The translations under genes were made by a program, and so were the position numbers. Under the pieces are notes generated by a model, which made no database searches, was not told the origin of the DNA, and saw only the letters and a program-made list of their open reading frames with translations. 64,000 nt of DNA from an uncultured Moraxellaceae bacterium (lineage in GTDB: Bacteria; Pseudomonadota; Gammaproteobacteria; Pseudomonadales; Moraxellaceae), in the NCBI GenBank assembly GCA_913057715.1, contig CAJXOR010000001.1, positions 17,539 through 81,538 on the forward strand, given 5' to 3'. This document shows, piece after piece, positions 8,925 through 18,814 of the stretch (within the stretch, counting starts at the first letter, position 1; each line of letters starts with the position of its first letter).

Positions 8925-11900
8925 ATGATCGATAACATCAACTCCCTTTTAGGAGATGACCTGAAAAAAAGTATCAAGCCGGATATTCGCTTGATGATCG
9001 CTGCGTCCAGCTTTTCTATTTATGCATTTGAAGCACTTAAAAAAGAGCTATCGAAGGTGGACAGCCTGCAGTTCATATTTACTGCCCCAACCTTTATACC
9101 AACCGAAGTGACTGATCGCCCTTACAAAGAACGGCGTGAGTTTTTTATCCCAAAGGCACGTCGTGAAAGTGGCCTATATGGAACCGAGTTTGAAATTAAG
9201 CTGCGCAATAAGCTGACGCAACGAGCGGTAGCGCGCGAATGTGCTGATTGGATCCGGAAGAAGGCGAAGTTCAAATCGAATACGTCTAAGGCGCCTATGC
9301 AGCAATTCATACATATCGACAGCTCTGCTGAAGGCATCGCCTACATGCCCATCAGTGGCTTCACCGCAGTCGATCTTGGCTACCAAAAGGGCGATGCCGT
9401 TTCCAATTTTGTGACGAAGTTTGACGACCCAAACCACGCACAGATATATCTTCAACTTTTTAATCAGATCTGGGCAGACCCAGAGAAGGTCAAAGACGTC
9501 ACGGACGCGATCTGTGATCATATTGAGTCTGTCTATCAAGAGAATTCACCCGAGCGAATCTATTTCATGATGCTTTACAATATTTTTCAGGATTTTCTGG
9601 AAGATATCGACGAAGACGTGTTGCCAAATGATTTGACGGGCTATCAGGATAGCCTCGTCTGGAACAAGTTGTTCAATTTCCAGAAGGATGCGGCAACCGG
9701 CATCATCAATAAGCTTGAGACCTACAACGGCTGCATTCTGGCTGACAGCGTTGGCTTGGGGAAAACGTTCACAGCGCTTGCTGTCATCAAGTATTATGAG
9801 CTTCGTAACCGTTCTGTCTTGGTACTATGCCCAAAGAAACTCGCAGACAATTGGCTTAACTACAACACCAACCTGACCACGAACATTTTTGCTAAAGATC
9901 GTTTTAACTATGATGTCCTCTGCCACACAGACCTATCGAGGACTTCGGGCGAGTCATTTGGGATGCCTTTAAACCGGATAAATTGGGGCAATTACGATCT
10001 CGTTGTGATCGACGAGTCCCATAACTTCCGCAACAACGACGTCTACAAGGATCGCGAGACCCGCTACCAGAAGCTGATGAACAAGGTCATTCGCGCTGGC
10101 GTGAAAACCAAAGTACTCATGTTGTCGGCCACGCCTGTAAATAACCGTTTCACCGATCTTCGCAACCAGCTTGCCCTCGCATATGAAGGCCAGTCTGAAA
10201 GCCTAAGCCGTAACTTGAAGACCGACACGAGCGTTGAAGAGATCTTCAAGCGAGCTCAGAAAGCCTTTAACAGTTGGTCGCTACTGCCCCCGGATGAACG
10301 AAACGCTGCGTCGATCCTTAAGGCGCTCGATTTCGACTTCTTCGAGCTTCTCGACGCTGTCACGATTGCCCGCTCGCGCAAGCATATCGAGACCTTCTAC
10401 GACACCAAGGACATCGGTAAATTCCCTCAACGCCGTAAACCACTGTCCTACCATTGCCCTATTACCCATCGTGACGATGTGATGGGGCTGAACGAGATCT
10501 TTGAACAGCTCTCGGTCCTCAAGCTGTCTGTTTACGCACCAATCAGCTACATCCTTCCAAGCCGCCTGCGGAAGTACGAAGAAATCTATGACACCCTAGT
10601 CGAAGGGGGACGTGGCAAGCTGCGTCAAGCTGACCGTGAGCGCAGTCTGCAAGCTTTGATGACAACTAACTTACTTAAGCGTTTGGAGAGTTCGGTTGAA
10701 GCGTTCCGACTTACTCTGCGCGCCCTCGCTGCAAACATATCACGGACGCTAACAGCGATCGGTGAATTCGAGCGATCCAGCGGCACGCAAAGCGTCAGTG
10801 ATTACTTGGCTGATGTTGAAACACTGGACGCTGAAGATGACGAACTTGAGGGCTTGAGTGAATTTACGGTTGGCAAGAAGGTTCAGATCAGCCTCGCAGA
10901 TATGGATTTACCGTCTTGGAAACAGGATCTTCAGGCCGATCTTATTCTGATAGACGATCTGGTCGCTTCTATGGACAAAGTCCGACCCGAGGACGATGCC
11001 AAGCTCCAGCACTTACAAGATATTATTACCCGTAAAGTTGGCGCGCCAATTAACCCGGGAAATAAGAAAGTGCTTATCTTTACGGCGTTCGCGGACACGG
11101 CAAACTACCTCTTTGCAAACCTTGCCCCTTTCGCAAAGGATCTCGGGCTGCACACCGCAAAGGTAACTGGCTCGGATTCACCGAAGACCACTCTCAAAAA
11201 AAGCTATGATTTCCAGGGCGTCTTGACGTTGTTTTCACCTCGCTCGAAGGATAAGGACGTCATCCTGCCGGACGAACCAGCAGAGATTGATATTTTGATT
11301 GGCACGGACTGTATCTCAGAAGGCCAAAACCTTCAGGACTGCGACTATCTGATCAACTACGACATCCACTGGAACCCAGTGCGAATCATCCAACGCTATG
11401 GGCGCATCGACCGTATTGGCTCACCGAATTCCCAGATCCAACTGGTAAACTACTGGCCTGACATTTCGCTGGACGACTATATCAACCTCAAAGAGCGTGT
11501 AGAAAACCGGATGGTGATCGCCGATATGGTGGGTACCGGTGACGACAACGTGCTGACGGCAAAAAGTGGTGACATCGCCTACCGAAGGGATCAGCTCAAG
11601 CGCCTGCAGGAAGAGGTCATCGATCTTGAAGACGTCAAGACCGGCGTCTCGATCACTGACCTTGGTCTGAACGATTTCCGGATGGATCTGCTGAACTACG
11701 CCAAGCAGCACGGCCAGCTTAACAACCTGCCAAACGGCATGCATGCCGTGGTGCCAGCGCAAGCCCAAATGGGGCTCCGTCCCGGCGTAATCTTCGCGCT
11801 GAAAAACATACACGATACCGTGAACATCAACCAGCAAAACCGGCTCCACCCCTTCTATCTGGTCTACATCGCCGACGACGGAGAAATCATCGCAGACCAT

Positions 11901-12203
11901 ACCGAGGTCAAGCGCCTGCTCGACCTGATTCGGACCAGCTGCAAGGGCCGTGAGGTCCCTGTCCCCGACGTCTGCCGCACGTTCAACGAGCGCACCGAAG
12001 ACGGCCGCAAGATGGAGCATTATTCCGGTCTGCTAAGCGCGGCGATCCGCTCCATGATTGAGGTGAAAGAGGAAAAGGATCTCGACAGCCTGTTCAGCGG
12101 TGGTCGAACGACCGCGCTGACCCACACCATCGCCGGGCTCGATGACTTCGAGCTGATCGGATTCATAATAATTGAGCCAGCGATCGATGATAGCGTCGCA
12201 TGA
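8925..12203 (+). CDS. SNF2-family (SWI2/SNF2) helicase-related ATPase with an unassigned ~260-aa N-terminal domain
   Basis: Motif I ILADSVGLGKTFTALAVI, motif II DLVVIDESHNFRN, motif III LMLSATPVNN, and C-terminal helicase motifs TDCISEGQNLQDCDYLINYDIHWNPVRIIQRYGRIDRIGS. The likely start is MIDNINS at 8925, although the ORF is open from 8898. Confidence 0.9.
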   Translation: MIDNINSLLGDDLKKSIKPDIRLMIAASSFSIYAFEALKKELSKVDSLQFIFTAPTFIPTEVTDRPYKERREFFIPKARRESGLYGTEFEIKLRNKLTQRAVARECADWIRKKAKFKSNTSKAPMQQFIHIDSSAEGIAYMPISGFTAVDLGYQKGDAVSNFVTKFDDPNHAQIYLQLFNQIWADPEKVKDVTDAICDHIESVYQENSPERIYFMMLYNIFQDFLEDIDEDVLPNDLTGYQDSLVWNKLFNFQKDAATGIINKLETYNGCILADSVGLGKTFTALAVIKYYELRNRSVLVLCPKKLADNWLNYNTNLTTNIFAKDRFNYDVLCHTDLSRTSGESFGMPLNRINWGNYDLVVIDESHNFRNNDVYKDRETRYQKLMNKVIRAGVKTKVLMLSATPVNNRFTDLRNQLALAYEGQSESLSRNLKTDTSVEEIFKRAQKAFNSWSLLPPDERNAASILKALDFDFFELLDAVTIARSRKHIETFYDTKDIGKFPQRRKPLSYHCPITHRDDVMGLNEIFEQLSVLKLSVYAPISYILPSRLRKYEEIYDTLVEGGRGKLRQADRERSLQALMTTNLLKRLESSVEAFRLTLRALAANISRTLTAIGEFERSSGTQSVSDYLADVETLDAEDDELEGLSEFTVGKKVQISLADMDLPSWKQDLQADLILIDDLVASMDKVRPEDDAKLQHLQDIITRKVGAPINPGNKKVLIFTAFADTANYLFANLAPFAKDLGLHTAKVTGSDSPKTTLKKSYDFQGVLTLFSPRSKDKDVILPDEPAEIDILIGTDCISEGQNLQDCDYLINYDIHWNPVRIIQRYGRIDRIGSPNSQIQLVNYWPDISLDDYINLKERVENRMVIADMVGTGDDNVLTAKSGDIAYRRDQLKRLQEEVIDLEDVKTGVSITDLGLNDFRMDLLNYAKQHGQLNNLPNGMHAVVPAQAQMGLRPGVIFALKNIHDTVNINQQNRLHPFYLVYIADDGEIIADHTEVKRLLDLIRTSCKGREVPVPDVCRTFNERTEDGRKMEHYSGLLSAAIRSMIEVKEEKDLDSLFSGGRTTALTHTIAGLDDFELIGFIIIEPAIDDSVA

Positions 12204-12907
12204 CAGGCTTCTTCGACTATCCCAAAAGCGCTGCCTTCGGCCGGGTTCTGCCCAAGAACAAGATCTACGAACACGCAGGCGCAAACACTGCCCTCAAGGA
12301 TCTGTTCGTGCGTGAGGTCGATCAGATCGTCTGGCGCTACAAGCTCGCGCCAGAAACGATCAACCTGAGCGCTACCAAATCGGTGGCCGAAATTCAGATC
12401 TTCAGCATCTCGCTGAAAACCGGCAAGCTGGACGAGACCGTTCTGCGCGCCATAGATAAGGCTATACCGTTTCCCCTGATCTTCGAGTTGAGCCATGGCG
12501 GCAAACGCAGGGCCATGGCGGCCTACAAGCGGCCGAGCGAGGCCGACAGCGCGAAGTGGGTGATCAGCGAGTACTTTGCCACCAACTGGGTGGCCGATAC
12601 CGCCGCCAGGTCGCCCCTGCCGGTCGCGCTCAACCTTGGTGGGCTTTATGACGCGCTTCTGTCCGGCTTGATGCCACAACAGGTTCAGGCGGCACCCGGA
12701 CAGAGCGCGGAAGACATACAGATCCGTGTCGAGCGGATGGAGGCGATCCGCGCCAAGACGCGAGATGTTGAACGGATCAAGGCGCGGCTGGCGCGCGAGA
12801 AGCAATTCAACAAGCGCGTGGCGATTAACGCAGAGCTGCGCGAAGCGAAATTGGAACTAAAACAGCTCACCGGGGCAAAGGCCCCGATGAGCGCACCGAG
12901 TGAATAA
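12200..12907 (+). CDS. DUF4391-like protein with a C-terminal coiled-coil, function unknown
   Basis: 235-aa ORF whose ATG overlaps the SNF2 stop (ATGA at 12200-12203). From memory, the N-terminal region FFDYPKSAAFGRVLPKNKIYEHA...IVWRYKLAPETINL...IPFPLIFEL resembles DUF4391 family members. The C-terminus is charged and heptad-like (RVERMEAIRAKTRDVERIKARLAREKQFNKRVAINAELREAKLELKQL). Confidence 0.7.
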   Translation: MTGFFDYPKSAAFGRVLPKNKIYEHAGANTALKDLFVREVDQIVWRYKLAPETINLSATKSVAEIQIFSISLKTGKLDETVLRAIDKAIPFPLIFELSHGGKRRAMAAYKRPSEADSAKWVISEYFATNWVADTAARSPLPVALNLGGLYDALLSGLMPQQVQAAPGQSAEDIQIRVERMEAIRAKTRDVERIKARLAREKQFNKRVAINAELREAKLELKQLTGAKAPMSAPSE

Positions 12908-12914
12908 GAGGACG

Positions 12915-14855
12915 ATGAGCATGGATAAGATGAAACTGCATAGCCCCGACCTGAGCCAGGACAACATCGCCAAGATCCGCGCTCTGTTCCCCGGCTGCGT
13001 GACCGAGGCATCCGATGACAATGGCAAGCTGCGGCTGGCAATAGACTTCGATCAGCTGCGCCAAGAGCTAAGCGACCACACCGTCGAAGGTGGGCAGGAG
13101 AGGTATCGGCTGGATTGGCCCGGCAAGCGGGAAGCGATGGCGCTTGCGAACGCTCCCATCGCAAAAACGCTTCGCCCCGCACGGGATGAAAGCGTAGCTT
13201 TCGACACCACCCAGAACCTCTTTATCGAAGGCGACAACCTTGAGGCCCTGAAACTGCTGCAAGAAACCTATCTTGGCAAGGTCAAGATGATCTATATCGA
13301 CCCGCCTTATAACACGGGGAATGACTTTGTTTATGATGATGATTTTGCCGAGAGTTCGGCCGAATTTCTAGAACGCTCGAACCAGAAGGATGGTGAAGGC
13401 AATCGAATGGTTGCAAACACAACGGCCAATGGGCGCTTTCACTCCGACTGGCTTACGATGATGTTTGCAAGACTGCGACTGGCAAAAAATCTGCTCACGG
13501 ACGATGGTGCGGTGTTTGTCAGCATAGATGATAACGAGTCTGATAGCTTGATCAAAATAGGTCGAGAGATTTTTGGCGACGAGAACTTCGTCGCGCAATT
13601 GGCTGTTCAGCTTAACCCTCGAGGACGACATCTTGATCGTTTCATCGCCAACACTCATGAGTCTGTCGTTGTCTTCGTAAAGGACGGACTTAATTCCAAC
13701 TGCATTGGCGGGCTGGAAAAAGAAGGAAGAATGGCCGATGAGTACAACAGAAACGACAGTGATGGAGCGTTCAGGCTGCTTGGCCTCAGGAACCGAAACC
13801 AAGCCTTCAATCCAACCACTCGGCCGAACCTCTACTATCCCTTATATGTTTGCCCAAAAAATGGGCTGATATCTTTGATCAATGACGAACTGTTTACTGA
13901 TGAAGTTTGGCCAGATACCCCCGATGGGATTAAGACCTGCTGGACTTGGGGTAGAGAAAAAGTCTCCAAAGAAGGTAGCTTGCTACTTGCAGAAAAATCT
14001 GGAGGCGAATGGAGGATATTCCGAAAAGACTATCTTAACAAGAATGGTGAAGTCACTAAGACGATGGCTAAGTCGCTCTGGGCCGAAAAGGAAATTACGA
14101 ACGACTATGGCCGGTCTTCAGTCAAAGACCTTTTTGGCAAGGCAGTTATGGATTTCCCAAAATCGCCAGCTTTGCTGGAGCGGCTCGTAAAGATAGGTTC
14201 CAATGAAAATGACCTTATATTGGATTTTTTCGCAGGCTCATCATCAACGGCACATGCGATACTATCGACTAACGCTCGAGAAGGATGTCATCGCAGATTC
14301 ATAATGGTTCAATTGCCTGAATCTACGTCAGCAGGCTCAATAGCCCGACAAGAGGGCTATGAAACCATTTCCGAGCTATCCAAGGAACGCATTCGCCGCG
14401 CGGGTCAAAAAATCCTTGAATCGGATTGTCACACCGACTGGAACAAGGACGTCGGTTTCCGTGTCCTGAAGATCGACACGTCGAACATGGAGGACGTCTA
14501 TTACCGTCCTGACGAAGTCAAACAGGCTGACCTGCTTACCGCCGTCGACAATGTCAAACCGGACCGCACGGTCGAAGACCTGCTTTTTCAGGTGCTCGTG
14601 GACTGGGGCGTCGACCTGACGCTGCCCATCCGCCGCGAGACCGTCCAGGGCAAGACCGTGTTCTTCGTCGACGACAACGCGCTGGTCGCATGCTTTGACA
14701 CTGGCATCACCGAGGATCTGGTGAAGGAGCTGGCCGGGCATGAACCGCTGCGCGTCGTCTTCCGCGACAACGGCTTCGTCTCGGATGCGGTGAAGATCAA
14801 CGTCGAACAGATCTTCCGCCAGCTCTCCCCCACCACCGATGTTAAATCGATCTGA
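12915..14855 (+). CDS. mod: Type III restriction-modification methyltransferase (Mod), beta-class N6-adenine MTase
   Basis: Motif [21 protein letters not shown] precedes motif [15 protein letters not shown], with a variable region between them (the TRD position). ATG at 12915 follows AAGAGG; an alternative GTG lies at 12900. Confidence 0.92.
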   Translation: MSMDKMKLHSPDLSQDNIAKIRALFPGCVTEASDDNGKLRLAIDFDQLRQELSDHTVEGGQERYRLDWPGKREAMALANAPIAKTLRPARDESVAFDTTQNLFIEGDNLEALKLLQETYLGKVKMIYIDPPYNTGNDFVYDDDFAESSAEFLERSNQKDGEGNRMVANTTANGRFHSDWLTMMFARLRLAKNLLTDDGAVFVSIDDNESDSLIKIGREIFGDENFVAQLAVQLNPRGRHLDRFIANTHESVVVFVKDGLNSNCIGGLEKEGRMADEYNRNDSDGAFRLLGLRNRNQAFNPTTRPNLYYPLYVCPKNGLISLINDELFTDEVWPDTPDGIKTCWTWGREKVSKEGSLLLAEKSGGEWRIFRKDYLNKNGEVTKTMAKSLWAEKEITNDYGRSSVKDLFGKAVMDFPKSPALLERLVKIGSNENDLILDFFAGSSSTAHAILSTNAREGCHRRFIMVQLPESTSAGSIARQEGYETISELSKERIRRAGQKILESDCHTDWNKDVGFRVLKIDTSNMEDVYYRPDEVKQADLLTAVDNVKPDRTVEDLLFQVLVDWGVDLTLPIRRETVQGKTVFFVDDNALVACFDTGITEDLVKELAGHEPLRVVFRDNGFVSDAVKINVEQIFRQLSPTTDVKSI

Positions 14856-14865
14856 GGGGAACAGC

Positions 14866-17800
14866 ATGTCAGGCGCCATGAAGTTTAAGTTCAAAGTCCA
14901 ACCCTATCAAACCAATGCTGTCGACGCCGTCGTGGACTGTTTTGCCGGTCAACCTTATGTCAGTGGCATCAACTATCGGATCGACCCCGGCCGCAAGGCA
15001 CAGACCAGCGCCTTCGAAGAAGGCTTCAAGAACGCCGATATCTCGTTGAGCGAGGCGCAGGTGCTTGCGAACGTCCAGGGTGTGCAGCGAAGCCAGAACC
15101 TGCCTTTCAGCGAAAGCCTGACCGACTTCACCGTAATCAATGGGCGTGGCGAGCGGACACCAGCGCCAGCGACCTATATCCGCGACGCGCTGGCGGCGAG
15201 CCGCTACCACCTAGACGTCGAGATGGAAACCGGCACTGGCAAGACCTATTGCTACATCAAGACTATCTTTGAGATGAACAAGCGCTTCGGCTGGTCGAAG
15301 TTCATCATCATGGTGCCCAGCATCGCCATCCGCGAAGGCGTCTACAAATCGCTTCAGATCACGGCTGACCACTTCACCGAAAGCTACGGCAAGAAGGCAC
15401 GGTTCTTCATCTACAACTCAAAGCGTCTGCATGAGCTGGAAAGCTTCTCGTCGGACGCTGGCATCAACGTGATGGTCATCAATATTCAGGCCTTTGCTGC
15501 CCGCGGTGCGGATAACCGTCGCATCTACGACGAGCTCGACGACTTCCAATCCCGCCGCCCCATCGACGTGATCGCCAGCAACCGGCCGATCCTGATCCTG
15601 GACGAGCCGCAAAAGATGCAGGGAAACGCGACGATGGAAGCGCTGCCAAAGTTCAAGCCGCTGATGGTCCTACGCTATTCGGCGACCCACAAAACCCAGC
15701 ACAACAGGATCCACCGCCTGGACGCCTTGGACGCCTACAACCAGAAGCTAGTGAAGAAGATCGCCGTACGCGGCATTCAAACGCGCGGTCTGGCCGGAAC
15801 CAATGCTTACCTCTACCTTGAGGGGATCGACATCTCGAAGAAGGCGCCGGTCGCCCGGATTGAGATGGAGGTGAAGCTGAGATCCGGCGAAATCAAACGG
15901 CAACTTCGGCGGCTGGAATTTCGCGACGACCTGTTCACGCTTTCCGGGGAGCTGGATCAGTACAAAGGCTTCACGATCTCTCAGATCGACTACAACCACG
16001 ACACGGTGGAATTCACCAACGGCGAGGTGCTTACGGCTGGCAAGGCCACAGGTGACGTGTCAGAGCACGACATCCGGCGGATCCAGATCCGCGAGACTAT
16101 CAAAGCTCACTTGGATAAGGAAAAGCAGCTCTTCGCTCAAGGGATCAAGGTCCTTTCGCTATTTTTTATCGATGAGGTGGTTAAGTACCGCGACTACGGC
16201 CAGCCGGATGATAATGGAGAGTACGCCCGTGTTTTTGAGGAAGAGTACGAACTTTTAAAGAGCGAGTATCTCTCAGAGCTCGCTATCGACAACGAGGCCT
16301 ACCGAGCGTATCTCGCGGCGATTGACGCGACAAAGACTCATAATGGCTATTTCTCTATCGACAAAAAAACCAAACAGCTAAAGGATCCCAAAGTCGGTAA
16401 GCGAGCTGTCGATTCAGACGACGTAGATGCTTATGACCTTATCTTAAAGGACAAGGAGAGCTTGCTGACGCTACCAATGCCTTCAGACAGTGCCGATCAG
16501 CGCGCCAAAAAAGAGGTTCGATTTATCTTTTCCCACTCTGCGCTACGTGAGGGATGGGATAACCCCAATGTCTTTGTTATGTGCATGTTGAAGCACAGCG
16601 ATAACATGATCTCTAGGCGACAAGAAGTGGGTCGGGGTTTGAGGCTTTCGGTTAACCAGCAGGGTGACAGAATGGATCACTCGGCGACGGTTCATGACAT
16701 CAATGTTCTCACGGTGATCGCGAGCGAAAGCTATAAGGACTTCGTGGGCGGACTTCAAAAAGAAATTGCAGAGACCTTATCTTCACGACCCCGGCAGGCC
16801 ACCGAGGCCTACTTTACCGGCAAGACCGTTAACACCAATGCAGGCCCTATTGAAATCACGCCTGCTATGGCGAAGCAGATCTACAGGTACCTCGTTAAAA
16901 ATGACTACACGGACGACGCTGATCAAATCACTGACGACTATCACAAGGCAAAGGAAGCGGGTACGCTGGCTGAACTGCCAGATGAATTGAGGCCGCATGC
17001 CGATCAGGTATTTGAACTTATTGACAGCGTGTTCAGCGATGCACAGCTGCCTAAGGTTGACGATGGGCGAAAACCAAAAACTAATCCTCTTAACGCCAAC
17101 TTTGAAAAAAAGGAGTTCCAGGAGCTCTGGTCCCGGATCAATCGGAAAGCCGTCTATCGCGTGGACTTCGACTCAGTTGAATTAGTTCGAAAATGTGTCA
17201 GCGCTCTCGATAGCCAGCTCCGCGTGACGCCGCTCCAATATACCGTTCAAGCAGGCATTCAGGCAGATGAGATGACTGACGACCAGTTAAAAGCTGGTGA
17301 CGGTTTCGAGGTGACTACCACTTCCACTCAATACGGTGATTCGGTATTCTCCAGAGTCAAATATGACTTGGTTGGCAAGATCGCAGAAAGCTCTAAACTC
17401 ACACGCCGATCAACCGCCGAAATCCTTTCGGGCTTACAGGCTGTTGTCTTTGCCCAGTTTCAGCAGAATCCGGAGCACTTCATAGCAGAGGCTATAAGAC
17501 TTATAGCTGAGCAGAAGGCGACGATGATCATCGAGCGTCTGAGCTATGACGAGATCGACAATCACTACGATGTCGATATCTTCACTGCTAGTCAGACCGG
17601 TCAAGATTTTTCACGCGCAAGCGCAAAGTTAAAAAAGCACGTCTATGACTACGTTGTCACCGACTCAAACGTCGAAAAGCGGTTTGTGGCAGAGCTGGAT
17701 ACCAGTTCAGAAGTGGTTGTTTATGCGAAGCTTCCTCGCGGTTTTCTGATCCCAACGCCAGTTGGAGACTACAATCCTGACTGGGCAATCTCTTTTAAGA

Positions 17801-17997
17801 ATGAGGGCGTGAAGCATATCTATTTTGTAGCTGAAACCAAGGGCTCGATGTCAACGATGAAGCTACGTGAGATCGAGAAGACCAAGATTGAGTGCGCCAG
17901 AAAGTTTTTTAAAGAAATTGGACGGAAGATCTCGCAAGATAAGGTGAAATATGAGGTGGTCGATAATTACTCTCGTCTTGTCGATATCATCAGATGA
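14866..17997 (+). CDS. res: Type III restriction enzyme Res subunit (helicase plus PD-(D/E)xK nuclease)
   Basis: Motifs [24 protein letters not shown] and LRYSATH, the C-terminal helicase region [18 protein letters not shown]...QEVGRGLRL, and nuclease YNPDWAISF...[11 protein letters not shown] at 14866 follows GAGGGGA; the ORF is open from 14839. Confidence 0.92.
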   Translation: MSGAMKFKFKVQPYQTNAVDAVVDCFAGQPYVSGINYRIDPGRKAQTSAFEEGFKNADISLSEAQVLANVQGVQRSQNLPFSESLTDFTVINGRGERTPAPATYIRDALAASRYHLDVEMETGTGKTYCYIKTIFEMNKRFGWSKFIIMVPSIAIREGVYKSLQITADHFTESYGKKARFFIYNSKRLHELESFSSDAGINVMVINIQAFAARGADNRRIYDELDDFQSRRPIDVIASNRPILILDEPQKMQGNATMEALPKFKPLMVLRYSATHKTQHNRIHRLDALDAYNQKLVKKIAVRGIQTRGLAGTNAYLYLEGIDISKKAPVARIEMEVKLRSGEIKRQLRRLEFRDDLFTLSGELDQYKGFTISQIDYNHDTVEFTNGEVLTAGKATGDVSEHDIRRIQIRETIKAHLDKEKQLFAQGIKVLSLFFIDEVVKYRDYGQPDDNGEYARVFEEEYELLKSEYLSELAIDNEAYRAYLAAIDATKTHNGYFSIDKKTKQLKDPKVGKRAVDSDDVDAYDLILKDKESLLTLPMPSDSADQRAKKEVRFIFSHSALREGWDNPNVFVMCMLKHSDNMISRRQEVGRGLRLSVNQQGDRMDHSATVHDINVLTVIASESYKDFVGGLQKEIAETLSSRPRQATEAYFTGKTVNTNAGPIEITPAMAKQIYRYLVKNDYTDDADQITDDYHKAKEAGTLAELPDELRPHADQVFELIDSVFSDAQLPKVDDGRKPKTNPLNANFEKKEFQELWSRINRKAVYRVDFDSVELVRKCVSALDSQLRVTPLQYTVQAGIQADEMTDDQLKAGDGFEVTTTSTQYGDSVFSRVKYDLVGKIAESSKLTRRSTAEILSGLQAVVFAQFQQNPEHFIAEAIRLIAEQKATMIIERLSYDEIDNHYDVDIFTASQTGQDFSRASAKLKKHVYDYVVTDSNVEKRFVAELDTSSEVVVYAKLPRGFLIPTPVGDYNPDWAISFKNEGVKHIYFVAETKGSMSTMKLREIEKTKIECARKFFKEIGRKISQDKVKYEVVDNYSRLVDIIR

Positions 17998-18049
17998 AAA
18001 AGATCTACTAAAAATTAATTGATTAAACTCCTCGCGTTTTACTCTTTAG

Positions 18050-18078
18050 GATCTTTGGCTCGTTTTGTATTGGCAAGT
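18050..18078 (+). repeat. Right direct repeat (att-like), a duplicated mnmE 3' end
   Basis: 28 of 29 nt are identical to 8725-8753. In the mnmE frame it encodes IFGSFCIGK followed by TAG. Confidence 0.85.
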
Positions 18079-18214
18079 AGTAGCTGTGCTTTTGTAGCCG
18101 GTAGGTAAGGTGGATGAGCTGCACTTGAATTAAACAGCAAGTCGGCGGATTGAATCTTCAGCTGATTTGATCAGCCAACTGAGTTGATACGCTTTAATTG
18201 ATAGGACTAAGATC

Positions 18215-18814
18215 ATGAAATTTACCAACACCCCCAACCGCGAAGTGACCACCACGGATGGCGAGCGCCTGCATGTGTCGCGCTCGGTTGCGGTGGTGGC
18301 TCAGGTGTTTGTTTTCCATGTTGCCAGTCAAAGTTGGTTGATCTTGCTTGGCGAGCGCGGTCAAGGGGTAGACGATTTTCACGGTCAGTGGTGTTTTCCT
18401 TGTGGGTATCTGGACTGGGATGAGACGCTTTATGAAGCCCTGATTCGTGAGGTCTGGGAGGAAACTGGCTTAAGTCTGCCCAAGCTTAGAAACCATGAGC
18501 ACACCCACCACTGGATCGATGCGGCGCTGGAACCTGAGGGCGGAGTCGCCCCGCGCAAGGTGTCAGCCGAACCCAGCAACAACCGCCAAAATGTCTCGGC
18601 CAGCTTTGCCTGCTGGCTCAGCTGGTATGGAGAGGAGCTGCCAACGCTTAGTCTTGATAACATGGAGATGGATGAGGCTACCGATGCCCGCTTCCTGTCT
18701 TTAGATGAGGCGCAAAAGCTGGGTCTCGCGTTTAACCACAATCAGGTGCTTCAAGAGCTGCTAACTCATGAGAAGCGGCGCTTTAGGCAGATTGAGGCTA
18801 GCGTAGGCATTTGA
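18215..18814 (+). CDS. Nudix hydrolase
   Basis: Intact Nudix box GYLDWDETLYEALIREVWEETGL (Gx5Ex7REUxEExGU). Confidence 0.85.
   Translation: MKFTNTPNREVTTTDGERLHVSRSVAVVAQVFVFHVASQSWLILLGERGQGVDDFHGQWCFPCGYLDWDETLYEALIREVWEETGLSLPKLRNHEHTHHWIDAALEPEGGVAPRKVSAEPSNNRQNVSASFACWLSWYGEELPTLSLDNMEMDEATDARFLSLDEAQKLGLAFNHNQVLQELLTHEKRRFRQIEASVGI

Larger units (their letters stand above)
8725..18078. mobile_element. Genomic island inserted at the 3' end of mnmE, bounded by 29-bp imperfect direct repeats; no integrase present
   Basis: The sequence GATCTTTGGCTCGTTTTGTAT(C/T)GGCAAGT occurs at 8725-8753 (the last codons of mnmE) and again at 18050-18078. The second copy still encodes IFGSFCIGK*. The interior carries only the SNF2/DUF4391/Mod/Res operon plus AT-rich ends. 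Confidence 0.75.

Noticed and set aside
11421-12805. Long antisense ORFs (199 aa and 261 aa, minus strand) inside the SNF2 and DUF4391-like genes
   Set aside because: They lie opposite strongly supported plus-strand genes in a GC-rich stretch, where stop-free antisense frames are common. Their translations are Arg/Ala/Gly-rich with no motifs.
8756-18049. Search for an integrase, transposase, excisionase or tRNA inside or flanking the mnmE island
   Set aside because: No ORF in any frame shows tyrosine or serine recombinase or DDE motifs. The only non-operon sequence is about 170 bp (left) and about 50 bp (right) of AT-rich DNA.
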